Positions 34,745-48,447 of a stretch of DNA of 64,000 nt are shown here, piece after piece. The notes below the pieces were generated by a model. The model made no database searches, was not told the DNA's origin, and saw only the letters and a list, made by a program, of their open reading frames with translations. A program made the translations under genes and the position numbers. The stretch spans positions 51,246,987 to 51,310,986 of the forward strand of contig NC_081372.1 in the NCBI RefSeq assembly GCF_030684315.1. The letters are read 5' to 3'. Each line of letters begins with the position of its first letter. The first letter of the stretch is position 1. This DNA comes from Stegostoma tigrinum. Its lineage: Eukaryota.

Positions 34745-37576
34745 TTACTGGTCATTCTTCAACAACTTTGACCATTCTGTAAAGGGTGGAAGACATTTGA
34801 TTGAAAGCAGACATAGTTTAAATACTCAGTAATAAACCCACACAATATCGCTAATTTTTAAACATTTGCACATACCATCCAAGTCAAGTTTGCCATCAGT
34901 GTTCTTGTCCCACTCCCTGATGAGTTCATGAATTTCCTCCTCTGTAACATGCTCCCCAGCAGCCATGATGGCAATATGCAGCTCAGAACATTCGATGAAG
35001 CCGTCAGCATGGCTAGAGTCATCAAGAAAAGTATGAAAGTCCCCAATCCAGCAATGTTATCTACCTTACCAAAATAGAAGTTGAGAAAAGATCATATCCA
35101 TCTAATTTCACTTTCTTTCTGTCTGGAAGTTTACATTATTTAATCTCATCAGGTAATCCAATTTAAAAACTGGCTTATAACAAATCTAGATGTCATGCAC
35201 GAACACATGTGGAAATAGCTTCATAAACCTCACACTTGAACTCACCTTTTTCATCCAAAAATGATACAGTTCGCACACAATGTCTCAAATTTCTCAAGAC
35301 CTGAATTCAATAGTGTGCCCTCTGCTCTGAAAGCAATTACAAATAATTTGACATTATCACCTTGAATTAAGTTCAATTGGTAATGGCTTCCCTTTCATTC
35401 AAATGATAATATTGAATCACACTTTGTGCTCTTCCACAATTTTGTTCGTGACAGTTTTGTTTTCTGAAAATCTTCTGTTGATATTCTCTACTTATGTTCT
35501 CCATCGCGTTTTACGTGGATAAGTGTGTTGCTGACAACGACTGCATTGTTGTCCATGCCTAATTGCACTTGAATGGAGTTGTTTGTTCAGTAATTTCAGA
35601 GTGCAGTTACAAATCAGACAGCGTTCCACTGGTCTGGATATATATTCAGGCCAGCAAGGTAAGGATGGCAGATTGTCTTCCTTGAAGGAGACAAGTGAAC
35701 CACATAGGTTTTCACAACAACCTCTCAGACTTTTCACTATCATCAACGACATCAGTTTTATGCTGCAGATGTATTGATTGAGTTTTCTATTTCACTAGCT
35801 CACCGGATGAGATTTGAAAGTTTGTTCTTGGAGCATCAGCATGATCCACTGGCTCGCTAGTCTGAGACATTTCCATTATGCTAGTACCTCCCTGAAGTGA
35901 AAACATGCTGTCTATCCACATTTTCAAAACATCTGTGAGTATTGCAACTATCTATGGATCACCCTTTAGACTTTTTTGTTGAAGGGAAAATAGTCTCAAC
36001 TGTTAATACTTTCCTGATGTGTGAAGCTGAGGATTTTTAGCCTCAACCTGGTAAATCCTCAAAGAACTGTCTCCAGGCAATTCTTATATCTTTCAGTATA
36101 AGATCATGAAAGGTGCACCATGTCACATGCAATGTAAATGAAACAAATTTCCATACATGTTTGCCAGTTGCGAGTCCTGCTAGAAGTGTTCTAGGAACAA
36201 ATGTTTCCACACTTCTACCTCACTTTGGAGATGAAGAAGTTATACTGAGGTGAAAACACAGACTCTTTTTTTTCTTCTCTATATAGATGGTGTTAAAGCA
36301 AGTGACATTAATGATTCTCATTATTATTTCATATTTTCAGCTTCTGAAGTATTTTGTATAATTGATATACTTGTTTGCTACAATGGTTTATTTACATGAA
36401 GCAAAAGGTAAATTGACCTTTGTGTCAACATATCAGGTGGCTGCTATTTCATTAGCGAGAAATGATTGGTGGTGACTTCGACCAGAGGGTCACTGTGACT
36501 GAGTTGAGTGTTGAGGGGAGTCATGCACGGTAACCTGAGGTGGTGTAGGAATTAAACCCACACTATTGTTTATGCTCTGCCTTGCAAACCAGCTAACCAG
36601 GCAACAGAGCTAATCGGCCCCGTACCCTACATTTCCTTGAAGCACGGATGTTTTTCTGATTGCTTTGCTGATCTTTTAGAAACTTGTCTCTTTTTCAATA
36701 CATACAACGGAGAATCAACAAACTCTAAATAGAATTGTTGCTCTATCATGTTTCTACCAGTCATGTAGAAGCTCAAACTCACCCATCAAATACATGAATG
36801 AATTTTGCGATGTCTTTATCAGACTTTCCTTTCACTTCTTCTCTCATCTGCCTCGCCATCGTCACCAAGAACTCTTCAAAATCAATGGTGCCGCTACCTA
36901 AGACCACACTCAGTTGTAAGCTCTGTCCATTGTTAAACATGAATATTTGTGAACGAAACGATTTTTGAAGAGAAACTGCTCATGTTTTAGCTGCATGTTA
37001 CCCTTTTTGAGACCAATTGCAATCTGAGATTTGACTATCTTTGGGACACCCAAGATATCAGTCAAATGTGAAATGGAGTAAACTGTTGCGTACTAAATCG
37101 TGAAGATATGAAATAATTTACAATTAGATGTAGAATTTTTTTATCATGTGTACTCAAGTACAGTATTACAGGCGTACAGTGAAAATGTACAACATTGCCA
37201 CGCATGTCCCATTTCTGGATCAAAGGTAGTTGCGCCCAAAAAATGTCGGTACAAAATAGTAACTGTAAAAGAATTAAAAAGTTAAGCATTACCTTCAGAT
37301 AGCAAGTAGAAAAATAAAGAATAAAGATCATAGTTAACATTACAGTTCTTCTTAATTTAGTCTAGAAAGTAGAACAGCTTTTTTACCTCCAGTATTTTTC
37401 TTACCTGCTCCAGAAGGAATCGTCAAAGAAATAACTTCACAGAGTAAAATTACACACGACACAATTTGAATTCTCCTGTACTTTGGAACGATCAAACACA
37501 CAAACTGGAAGACCATTTTGCCGAGCACTTCAACGCAGCTCGTAAGAATGTCCCTGTGCTTTCTTTGACGTGTCAT
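34745..37576 (-). CDS. TNNC2-like: U7: intact predicted 151-aa protein, exon A plus troponin C C-half
   Basis: join(37576-37405, 36897-36783, 35012-34876, 34776-34745), all GT-AG and open. Exon 5 reads HADGFIECSELHIAIMAAGEHVTEEEIHELIREWDKNTDGKLDLD. Confidence 0.7.
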
Positions 37577-37678
37577 TTTAATTCACCATGATGCTCTCTG
37601 GCTGACATTGACTTGGCCTGCTGCACTGTTCCAAGGAAGGTCAAGGTAACAAGCTGTGCCTTGTCTTTCAATAAGGCA

Positions 37679-37685
37679 TTTTATA
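37679..37685 (-). promoter_or_regulatory. Candidate TATA box upstream of exon A (U7)
   Basis: Same gcTATAAAAtgc motif, 103 bp upstream of the ATG at 37576. Confidence 0.4.
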
Positions 37686-39803
37686 GCTGCATGGGCTCCA
37701 ACTTTTCATTCCATTTCACAGAGTGCTACATTTTGTTTCCAAATCTTTCCTTTTGAATATTTGTTCAGTAAAGGTGCACACCTGCTTCAGGCACATATTG
37801 GCTTATTTGTTTGCTTTCTTGCCCTAAATCAATTTCCTTTGGCCCCAGAAGACTGAATCTTCTGTCATCAATTTTCCCTGTCTTTCATTGCATCACAGAT
37901 CTTTCTTTTGTACGAAACATGGCCGGGTGGAGAACTAAATTCACAGGCCTCTGAAATCTGCAAAATTAAAGAATGAAGGCCCCCACCTAAAACCCAGCAC
38001 AGGAAATGCTTTTGGAATTTTCATGATTCCATCACGCTGTGAGATTTCTTCACCTCCCCAGGCCAACTTCCAGATTCTGTGAGTGCCTGCCTCGACGTAA
38101 GAATTTTCCTCCAAGCAGGCTGGTCTTGATATCTGTCCAGCACGTAGATAAATATATTGTGCAGTACTATCACCTGGATGTACCTACGATTCGCGTGTGA
38201 CTGTTTTGGATGAATGTCTTGAGCCACTGCCATCCATTTAGTGCAAGTCAGCTCACAATGTCTGCATGGAGGGAGTACCAGGTACTTGATGCAAAGTCAT
38301 GGTGTGAATGGAGATATAGTTCCAAGTCAGGAAGGTGAGTGGCTTGGAATGGAATGTGCAGGTGGTGGTGTTCCCATGTACTTGCTGCCATTCTACTTCC
38401 AGGTGGCAATGTTCATGGGATAAGCATATTTTTTCAACAGAACCTTGGTGAATTTCTGTGTTGCATCTTGTATGTGGTGATGAATGTATTTTTAAACTAC
38501 TTGATCATTGATTTCATTTTTGTGTTTCATACTTTAAATTGTGTGAGGCAATGCCATCTCATTTTGACTCTAACTCTGAGGGTTGCACAGTGGTTCGCAC
38601 TGCTGACTAACAGTGAGAGAGAGCTGGGTGCAATTCCACCCTTGGCTAATTGTCTGCGTGGAGTTTGCACATTCTCCCTGAATGTACATGGGTTTACTCT
38701 GGTTACTGCAGTTACTTCCTGTAGAACAAAGATGTGCATGTTAGGCGAACAAGCCATGCCAAATTGACCATGGTATCTTGGGGAGGGTAGATTAGATGAA
38801 TAAGCCATGGGAAATGCAGGGTTACAAGGATAGAGGAGAGTGAGGGATGCTCTTTGGAGGGTTGGTGTGGACTTGATGGACTAAGTAGCCTGTTTCCACA
38901 CTGTTGGGATTCTATGATTAAACATAGTAGCACAATGGTTTACTCATAACAATCATTTCAGTGAACTGTCACCAACTGCAGCTTGTTGTGCTATAGACTG
39001 TGCTGTGGTTCAGTTTGAATGATTCTTGTCTGTGAATTCAAATTTGTAGTTTTCTGGTCGGACCCTGAAGCTGCTGATTAATGGGCAGTGTAAGGCCATG
39101 GGAATGTTGCAGTTTCAGGTAATTTGTCTTTTGGATGACAGCCATCATCTATGGATCCTGGGATACGATTTAAAAGAAGGGCTGGAGACGCAAAAATTTA
39201 GTCCACAAGCATCTGAAGAGTGGCTTGTGTACTGATGTGGAATTTGCTGTGTGCAGGTTGGTGACTGCGAATCCTTGATGAAATACCGAATACCCTTTCA
39301 AAATACTTCAATATTTAGAAGAACTGTCAAGATCTGCTGTGTTCATGAAAGATGTGCTAAATAAAGAAAATGGTTTTGCTGCCAATATATAGAAACTGAT
39401 TTTTCGTTGTGTAATTTAACATTGTTGCCTCCTGGAAATAGAGAATAAATATCCAGAGAATCCATGTCATTGACCAGGTGAAATGCAACAATAACTGTCT
39501 GGAAAAATCAATCAGAACTTTGCAAGGAAATTGTTGTGAATAAATTGTGCCGTATTCCATATGGATCGCAAAATGCCGAAACTTGTCATTCATCGGAGAT
39601 TGCTTCTTCCTCACAAAGAAAGAACTGCAGCAAATATGAAGCTCTTTGTTACATGTGTAGCTCCAGTCCTGTTGAACAGATTTTGAATTTTTTGCAATCA
39701 TTGAGTGTATTCAGATGCCGAGGCTGTTGGCTGCAGAAGGGCGACAGCACAGAGTTCATTAAATTGTTGAATCATAATGGGTGGCTGACAGATGTTGACT
39801 TTT

Positions 39804-42626
39804 TTACTGGACATTCTGCAACAACTTCGACCATTCTGAAAAGTTTGGAAGATATTTGATTGAAAACCTAAATAGTTTAAATACTCAATACTAAACCAAC
39901 ACAATATCGCTAATTTTTAAAAAATTTGCACATACCATCAAAATCAAGATTGCATCACTGTTCTTGTCCCACTCGCTGATGAATTCATGAAATTCCTCCT
40001 CGGTAACATGCTCCCCAGCCTCCTCGATGACAATATTCAGCTCATCACGATCAATGAGACTGTCAGCATTGCTAGAGTCATCAAGAAAAGTGTGAATGTC
40101 ACAATCCAGCAATGTTTTCTACATTACCAAAATAGAAATAGTGAAAAGATCATATTCATCTAATTTCAGTTTCTTTCTGTCTGGAAATTTACATTGTTTA
40201 ATCTCATCAAGTAATCCATTTTAATCACTGGCTTACAACAAATCGAGATATGTTGTACAATCATCTGAGGAAACAGCTTCATACAGCTTAGGTCTAAACT
40301 CACCTGTTCCATCCAAAAATGATATATTTCCCACACAATGTCTCAAATTTCTCAAGGCCTGAATTGCACCGTGTGCCCTCTGCTCTGAAAGCAATTACAA
40401 AATATTTGTCATTATAGCCTTTGACTCTCTGAGTTGGAACTAGCTTCCCTTTCATTCCAGTGACAATAATGAATCACACTTGCTGTGTCCACAATTTGGT
40501 TCATGACAGTTTTCTTCTGAAAATCTTCGATTGATTTTCTCTTCTTATGTTCTCCATCACTTTTTACGTGGATAAGTGTGTTGCTGACAAGGACTGCATT
40601 GTTGTCCATGCCTAATTGCTCTTTAATGGGGTTGCTTGTTCAGTAATTTCAGAGTGCAGTTACAAATCAGACAACGTTCCACTGGTCTGGATATATATTC
40701 CGGCCAGCAAGGTAAGGATGGCAGATTGTCTTCCTTGAAAGAGACAAGTGAACCACATAGGTTTTCACAACAATCAATAACACTTGTCACGATCATCACC
40801 ACATCACTTTTATGCTGCAGATGTATTGATTGAGTTTACTATATCACTAGCTCACAGGATGAGATTTGAAAGTTTGTTTCTGGAGCATCAGCAGGCTCCA
40901 CTGGCTCGCTAGCCCGGGACGTTTCCACTGTGCTACTATCTCCCTGAAGTGAGAACATGCTGTCTGTCAAAGTTGTCAAAACATCTGTGAGTATTGCATA
41001 TATCTATGGATCACTCTTTAGTCTTCTTTGTTGAAGGGACAATAGACTCAACTGTTAATACTTTCCTGATGTGTGAAGCTGAGGATTTTTAGTCTCAACC
41101 TGGTCAATCCTCAAAGAACTGTCTCCAGGCAACTCTGATATCTTTTAGTATAAAATCATGAAAGGTGCACCATGTCACATGCAATGTAAATGAAACAAAT
41201 TTCAATACATGTTTGCCAGTTGCGAGTCCTGCTAGGAATGTTCTAGGAACAAATGTTTCCACACTTCTACCTCACTTTGGATATGAAGAAATTATATTGA
41301 GCTGAAAACACAGACTCTTTTTTGCTTCTCTAGATAGATGGTGTTAAAGCGAGTGACATTAATGATTCTCATTATTATTTCATCTTTTCAGCTTCTGCAG
41401 TATTTTGTATCATTGACATACTCGTTTGCTGCAACGGTTTACTTACATGAAGCAAAAGGTAAAGTCACCTTTGTGTCAACATATCAGGTGGCTGCTATTT
41501 CATTAGAGAGAGATGATTGGTGGTGAGTTCGACCAGACGGTCACTGTGACTGAGTTGAGAGTTGAGGGGTGTCATTCACGGTAACTTGAGCTGGTGTAGG
41601 AATTAAACCCACACTATTGTGTATGCTCTCCCTTGCAAACCAGTTAACCAGGGAACTGAGCTAATCGGTCCCGTACCCTACATTTCCTTGAAGCAGGGAT
41701 GTTTTTCTGATTGCTTTGCTGATCTTTTAGAAACTTGTCTCTTTTTCAATACATACAACGGAGAATCAACAAACTCAAAATAGAATTGCTGCGCTATCAT
41801 GTTTATACCAGTCATGTAGAATCTCAAACTCACCCATCAAATACGCGAAAGAATTCTGCGATGTCTTTGTCAGACATCCTTTCACTTCTTCTCTCATTTG
41901 ACTCGCCATCGTCACTAAGAACTCTTCAAAATCAATGGTGCCGCTACCTAAGACCACACTCAGTTGTAAGCTCTGTCCATTGTTAAACATGAATATTTGT
42001 GAACCAAACGATTTTTGAAGTGAAACTGCTAATGTTTAAGCTGCATGTTACCCTTTTTGAGACCAATTGCAATCTGAGAATTGACTATCTTTGGGACACC
42101 CAAGATATCAGGCAAACGTGAAATGAAGTAAACTGTTGCGTACTAAATCGTGAAGATATGAAATAATTTACAATTAGATTTAGAATTTTTTTATCATGTG
42201 TACTCAAGTACAGTATTACAGGAGTACAGTGAAAATGTACAACATTGCCACGCATGTCCCATTTCTTGATAAAAGGTACTTGCGCCCAAAAAATGTAGGT
42301 ACAAATTAGTAACTGAAAAAGAGTTAAAAAGTTGTGCGTTACCTTCAGATAGCAAGTAGAAAAATAAAGAATAATGATCATAGTTAACATTACAGTTCTT
42401 CTTAATTTAGTCTAGAAAGTAGAACAGCTTTTTTACCTCCAGTATTTTTCTTCTCTGCTCCAGAAGGATTCGTCGAAGAAATAACTTCACAGAGTAAAGT
42501 TACGCACAACACAATTTGGATTCTGCTGTACATTGGAACGATCAAACGCACAAACTGGAAGACCATTTTGCCGAGTACTTCAACGCAGCTCGTAAGAATG
42601 TCCCTGTGCTTTCTTTGACGTGTCAT
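39804..42626 (-). pseudogene. TNNC2-like: U8: U4-type pseudogene
   Basis: Same -1 frameshifts in exon 4 (41947-41834) and exon 5 (40071-39936). Exon 6 39835-39804 is open here (EWSKLLQNVQ*). Confidence 0.88.
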
Positions 42627-45251
42627 TTTAATTCACCATGATGCTCTCTGGCTGACATTGACTTGGCCTGCTGCACTGTTCCAAGGAAGGTCAAGGTAAC
42701 AAACTGTGCCTTGTCTTTCAATAAAGCATTTTATAGCTGCATCGGCTGCAACTTTTCATTCCATTTCACAGAGTGCTCCATTTTGTTTCCAAATCTTTCC
42801 TTTTGAATGTTTGTTCAGTAAAGGTGCACACCTGCTTCAGGCACATTTTGGTTTATTTGTTTGCTTTCTTGCCCCAAATCAATTTGCTTTGGCCCCAGAA
42901 GACTGACTCTTCTGTCATCAAATTTCCCTGTCTTTCATTGCATCACAGATCTTTCTTTTGTACGAAAGATGGCCGGGTGGAGAAGTTAAATGACAGGCCT
43001 CTGAAATCTGCAAAATTAAACAATGAAGGCCCCCATTGAGAACCCAGCACAGGAAATGCTTTTGGAAATTTCATGATTCCATCACCCTGTGAGACTTCTT
43101 CACCTCCCCGTGCCAACTTCCGGATGCTGTGAGTGCCTGCCTCGAGGTAAGAATTTTCCTCCAAGCAGGCTGGTCTTGATATCTGTTCAGCACGTAGATA
43201 AATATATAGCGAGGTACTATCACCTGGATGTGCCTACTATTCACTTGTGACGTTTTGGTTGAATGTCTTGAGCCACTGCCATCCATTTAGTGCAAGTCAG
43301 CTCACAATGTCTGCAATGACACAAAGACATGGTGTAAATGGAGATATAGTTCCAAGTCAGGATGGTGAGTGTCTTGCAGGGGAATGTGCAGGTGGTGGTG
43401 TTCCCATGTACTTGCTGCCGTTCTATTTCCAGGTGGTAAAGTTCATGGGATAAGCATATTTTTTCGACTGAACCTTGGTGAGTTTCTGTAATGCATCTTG
43501 TAAATGGTGCTGAGTGTATTGTTACACTACTTGTTCCTTGATTTCATGTGTGAGTTTCATACTTTAAGTTGTTTGAGGCAATTGTCACCTCTTTTTGCCT
43601 TCAACACTAAGTGTTGCACAGTGTATCAGTGGTTTGCACTGTTGCCTCACGTAGAGCTGAGTTCAATTCCACCCTTGGCCAACTGTCTGCGTGGAGTTTG
43701 CACATTCTCCCTGTGTCTATGTGGGTTTCCTCTGGTTACTCCATTTAATTCCTGCAGGCCAAAGATGTGCATGCTAGGTGAGCAGGCCATGCTAAATTGC
43801 GCATGGTATCTTGGGGAGGGTAGATTCTATGAATTAACCATGGGAAATGCAAGGTTACAAGGAAAGAGTTGCGTGAGGGATGGTCCATAGAGTGTTGGTG
43901 TAAATGTGATGGACAATGCAGCCTGTTTCCACACTGTTAGTATTCTACGATTAAACATAATGGTGCAATGGCTTACTCATAACAATTCTTTAAGTGAACT
44001 TTCACCAACTGCAGCTTGTTTTGCAGAATTATTGTGATAAATGTATTGTTATACGACTTGTTCCTTGATTTACTGCATGTGTTTCATGCTTTAAATGTTG
44101 TGAGGCAATTGCCATCTTGTCTTTCCCTGTAATTCTAAGGGTTGCATGGTGTCTCAGTGGTTAGCACTGCTTCCTCACAGTGACAGGGAGCTGTGTTCAA
44201 TTCCACTCTTGGCCAACTGTCTGTGTGGAGTTTGCACATTCTCCCTGTGTCCATGTGTTTCCCCCAGTTGCTCCAGTTCCTTCCCATAGTCCAAAGACAT
44301 GCATTTTGGCCAGTTTGGCCATGCTAAGTTGCCCATAGTATCTCGGGGAGAGTAGGTTAGATGAATTAACCATGGGCGATGCAGGGTTACAAGTACAGGG
44401 GAGAGCGTGGGATGCTCTGTGGACGAGTGGTGTGGGCTTGATGGGCTGAATAGCCTGCTTCCACACTGTAATGATTCTATCGTTAAACATAAAGGCACAA
44501 TGGATCACTCATAACAATCATTTGAGTAAATGTTCACCAACTGCAGCTTGTTGTGCTAATGACTGAGCTGTGGCTCTGTTTGATGCACTCATGTCTGAAT
44601 GTCAAGTAGTGGTTTCTCGTCTAACACTCGAACCTGCTGACGAGCGCCCAGTGTAATACCAAGGGTGTGTTGCTTCTCAGATACTTTTTCTTTTGGATGA
44701 CAGCCACGATCTGTGGATCCTCTAACATGATTTAAAAGACAAGCAGGAGAGGCCAATATTTATTCCTCATAATATCACAAAAACAGGTTATCTACTTCTG
44801 TGGGCTTTGTGTATGCAGTTTGATGACTGCATTTCCTTCATAAAATACTGAATACCCTTTCAAAATACTGCATATCTTTAACACCTGTTTAAGATATGCT
44901 GTGTTCATGAAAGATGTACCATTTAACTGGAAATGGTTTTGGTGCCAATATAGAAAACTCTTTTGAATGATATAATTGAACATTGTCAACTGCTAAAAAT
45001 AGAGAACAAAAATCTACAGAATCCGTGGCATTCACTAAATGAAATGCAACAACAATTGGTTGGAAAAACATTGAGATTAGATTTATTAGGAAAGGGTTGC
45101 AAATAAACTGTGCAGTGTTCCGTGCCGGTAACAAAATGACAAAGCATTTCGTTCATAGGAGTTACGTCTTCCTCACAAAGAAAAAAACTGTAGCAGCCAG
45201 GAATTCATTAACTTGTTGAATCATAATGGATTGCTGAGGGACGCTGGTTAC

Positions 45252-45514
45252 TTATTGGGTCTTCTCCATCATCTTCACCCATTCTGTAGACAGAGGAAGG
45301 TATATGATTCTTTTAAATACTCAATACTAAACCAATATAGTATCACTAATGAATTTGTTTTTATTATTTGGACATACAACAAACATCAAGTTTCCCATCA
45401 TTGTTCTTGTCCGATTGTTTCATGAATTCATGAATTTCCTCCTCTGCAAAATGTTTCCCAATAGCATTGATGACAACATTCAGCTCATGACGATCGATGA
45501 AACCATCAGCATTG
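45252..45514 (-). pseudogene. TNNC2-like: U9: U5-type copy with exons 5-6 only
   Basis: Exon 5 45514-45378 and exon 6 45283-45252 match U5, with the same deletion junction at about 46860. Confidence 0.85.
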
Positions 45515-48447
45515 CTGGAGTCAGCAAGAAAAGTATGAATGTCCCCAATCCAGTCAAGTTATCCTACTGACCAAAATAGAAGTTGCTGCATGAGAAAAGA
45601 TCAGGTCCATCCTGAGCTTCAGAAACCTCAGGTCTAAAGTCATCTGTTCAATCCGAGAAAGCTACACTTCCCACACAATGTCTCAAATTACTCAAGTCCT
45701 GAACAGAATAGTGTGCCCTCTACTCTGAATGCAATTTCAAAGAATTTGTCTTTATAAACTTCTATTACATTCAATCCATGCCTCGCTTCCCTTTAATTGG
45801 TATTGTAATCTTGAATACATTTTTGTTTCGACATTTTTGGTCATGGCAGTTTTTGTTTGAAGTATCTTCGGATGATTGTCTCTACTTATGCCCTCCGTAG
45901 CTTTTTACATGGATCTGACAAGGGCGGCATTGTTGTCCATGCCGAATTGCTCTCGAATGGACTTGCTCGTTGAGTAATTCCAGAATGCAGTTACACATCA
46001 GACACAATTCTAGTGAACTGGAGACACTTTCAGACCAGAGAGGTAAGGATGGTGGATTGTCTTCCATAAAGGACTCAAGTGAATCAGAGAGGCTTTCACA
46101 ATAATCAGTGGCAATTGTCACAGTCATCCTTAAGGTTATGCTACAGGTTTTTTGACTGAGATTTCTAATTCAACAGCTGACAGGATGCGATTTCAAAGCT
46201 TGCTCCTGGAGCATCAGCATGGGCCACTGGCTCCTTAGTCCAGTGATAGTTCCACAATCTTCCCATCTCCCTGAAGTGAAAACATGCTGTCTGCCCATGT
46301 TGTCAAAATATCTATGAACTTTGCATCCGTATTTGTGTCACCACCTGCTTGCAACAGTAGTGGACTCACCAAATTTAAGGGCATTTAAATTGTCATTGGA
46401 TATACATATGGATGATAATGGAATAGTGTAAGTTAGATGGGCTTCAGATTGGTTTCACAGATCAGCGCAACATCGAGGACCGAATGGCCTGTGCTGCACT
46501 GTAATGTTCTCTGTTCTATCTTCTTTATTGAAGCGAAAATAGACTCAACTGTCAATCTTTTCCCTCGGTGTATACCTGAGGATTTCTAGTCTCATCCTCA
46601 TAAAACCTGGTAGCACGATCTCCAGTGCCACTTCAACCCTTTTTATGAAATGATGAAAGTAACTGCATGTGACATATGATGCAGATGAAACAAATTTCAA
46701 TACATGTTTGACAGTTGCTAGTTTTGCTGGAAACGTTTCTTGCACCAAATGTTTCTGTATTTCTACCTCAATTCAGGTTTGAAGAAATTGTGTTGGACCC
46801 AGGCACAAACACCGTTTACATGTCTCTAAAGATGGTGCTAAACACGGTGAGATTTGTACTCTATGTACTCAGTGTACTCTATTTTCTTTCCTTTTTAATA
46901 TTTGTTTAGCTAGAGGCACACCTGGCTGAGGCTCATTTTGGTTTATTTGTTTACTTTCTTGCACCACATCAATTTCCTTTGACCCCTGAGGACTGACTCG
47001 TCCGCCATCAGTTTTCCCTGTAACCCACTGCATCACAGATCTTTCTTTTGTACGAAAGATGGCCGGGTGGAGAACTAAATTGACAGGCCTCTGAAATGTG
47101 CAAGATTAAAGAATGAAGGCCCCCATTGAAAACCCAGCACAGGAAATGCTTTTGGAATTTTCATGTTTACATCACGCTACGAGATTTCTTCACCTCCCCA
47201 GACCAAGTCCCAGATTCTGTGAGTGCCTGCCTTGAGGTAAGAATTTTCCTCCAAGCAGTCTGGTCTTGAGCTGGGTGCAATTCCACCCTTGGCCAACTGT
47301 CTGCGTGGAATTTGCACATTCTCCCTGCGTGTACATGGGTTTACTCTGGCTACTGCATTTACTTCCCGTAGACCAAAGATGAGCCTGTTAGTGAACAAAC
47401 CATGCTTAATTGCCCATGGTATCTTGGGGAGGGTAGACTAGATGAATAAGCCATGGGAAATGCATGGTTACAAGGATAGAGGAGAGTGAGGGATGCTCTT
47501 TGGAGGGTTGGTGTGGACTTGATGGACTATGTAGACTGTTTCCACAATGTAAGGATTCTATGATAAAATGTAATGGTGCGATGGTTTACTCATAACAATC
47601 ATTTCAGTGAACTGTCACCAAGTGCAGCTTGTTGTGCTCTAGACTGTGCTGTGATTCAGTGTGAAGCATTCGTGTGTGTGAATTCAAATTTGTAGTTTCC
47701 AATCTGACACTGACAGCAGCTGATTAATGTGCAGTGAATGGCAGTGATAATGTTGAACTTTAAGATAATTTGTCATTTGGATGACAGCCGTCATCTGTGG
47801 ATCCTGGGATATGATTTGAAAGGAGAGCCGGAGAGGCCAATATTTATTCCTCATATTATCACAAAAGTGGCTTGTCTACGAATGTAGAATTTGCTGTGTG
47901 CAGGTTGTTGACGAAGTATTCTTCATGAAGTGTTGAATATCCTTTGAAAATACTTCAGTATTTATACGACTATCGAGATATGCTGTGTTCATGAAAGATG
48001 TGCCATGTCAAGAAAATGGTTTTGCTGTCAATATATAGAAACTGCTTTTTCACTTTCTCATTTGATTTTGTTGCCTGCTGGAAATAGAGGGTAAATATCC
48101 AGAGAATCCCTGTCACTCACAAGTGAAATGCAACAACCGGGTGGAAAAAATTGGCATTAACTTTATTAGGAAATGGTTTTGAATAAATTGTGCAGCGTTC
48201 CAGGCTGAGAGGAAAATCACTGAGCGTTTCATACATATGCGATTGCTTCTTCCTCACAAAGAGAGAATTACAGCAGCTATGAAGCTCTTTGCTATATATG
48301 TACCTCCAGTCCTGTCAATCAGATTTTGAATTCTTTGCAATCATTGAGTGTATTTCAGATGTCTAGGCAGTTGATCGGAGAAGGGTGACGACACACAGGT
48401 CATGAAATTGTTGTATCACAGTGGGTTGCTGAGGGATGTTGGCTGTT

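Larger units (their letters stand above)
16749..35491. repeat. Higher-order repeat copy 1 (4 units, about 18.75 kb; boundaries approximate)
   Basis: ORF-track offsets to the next copy: 21125 to 39891, 25409 to 44175, 27949 to 46715 and 29795 to 48561 are all 18,766 bp; 16749 to 35492 is 18,743 bp because of a 23-bp deletion near 18880. Confidence 0.93.
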
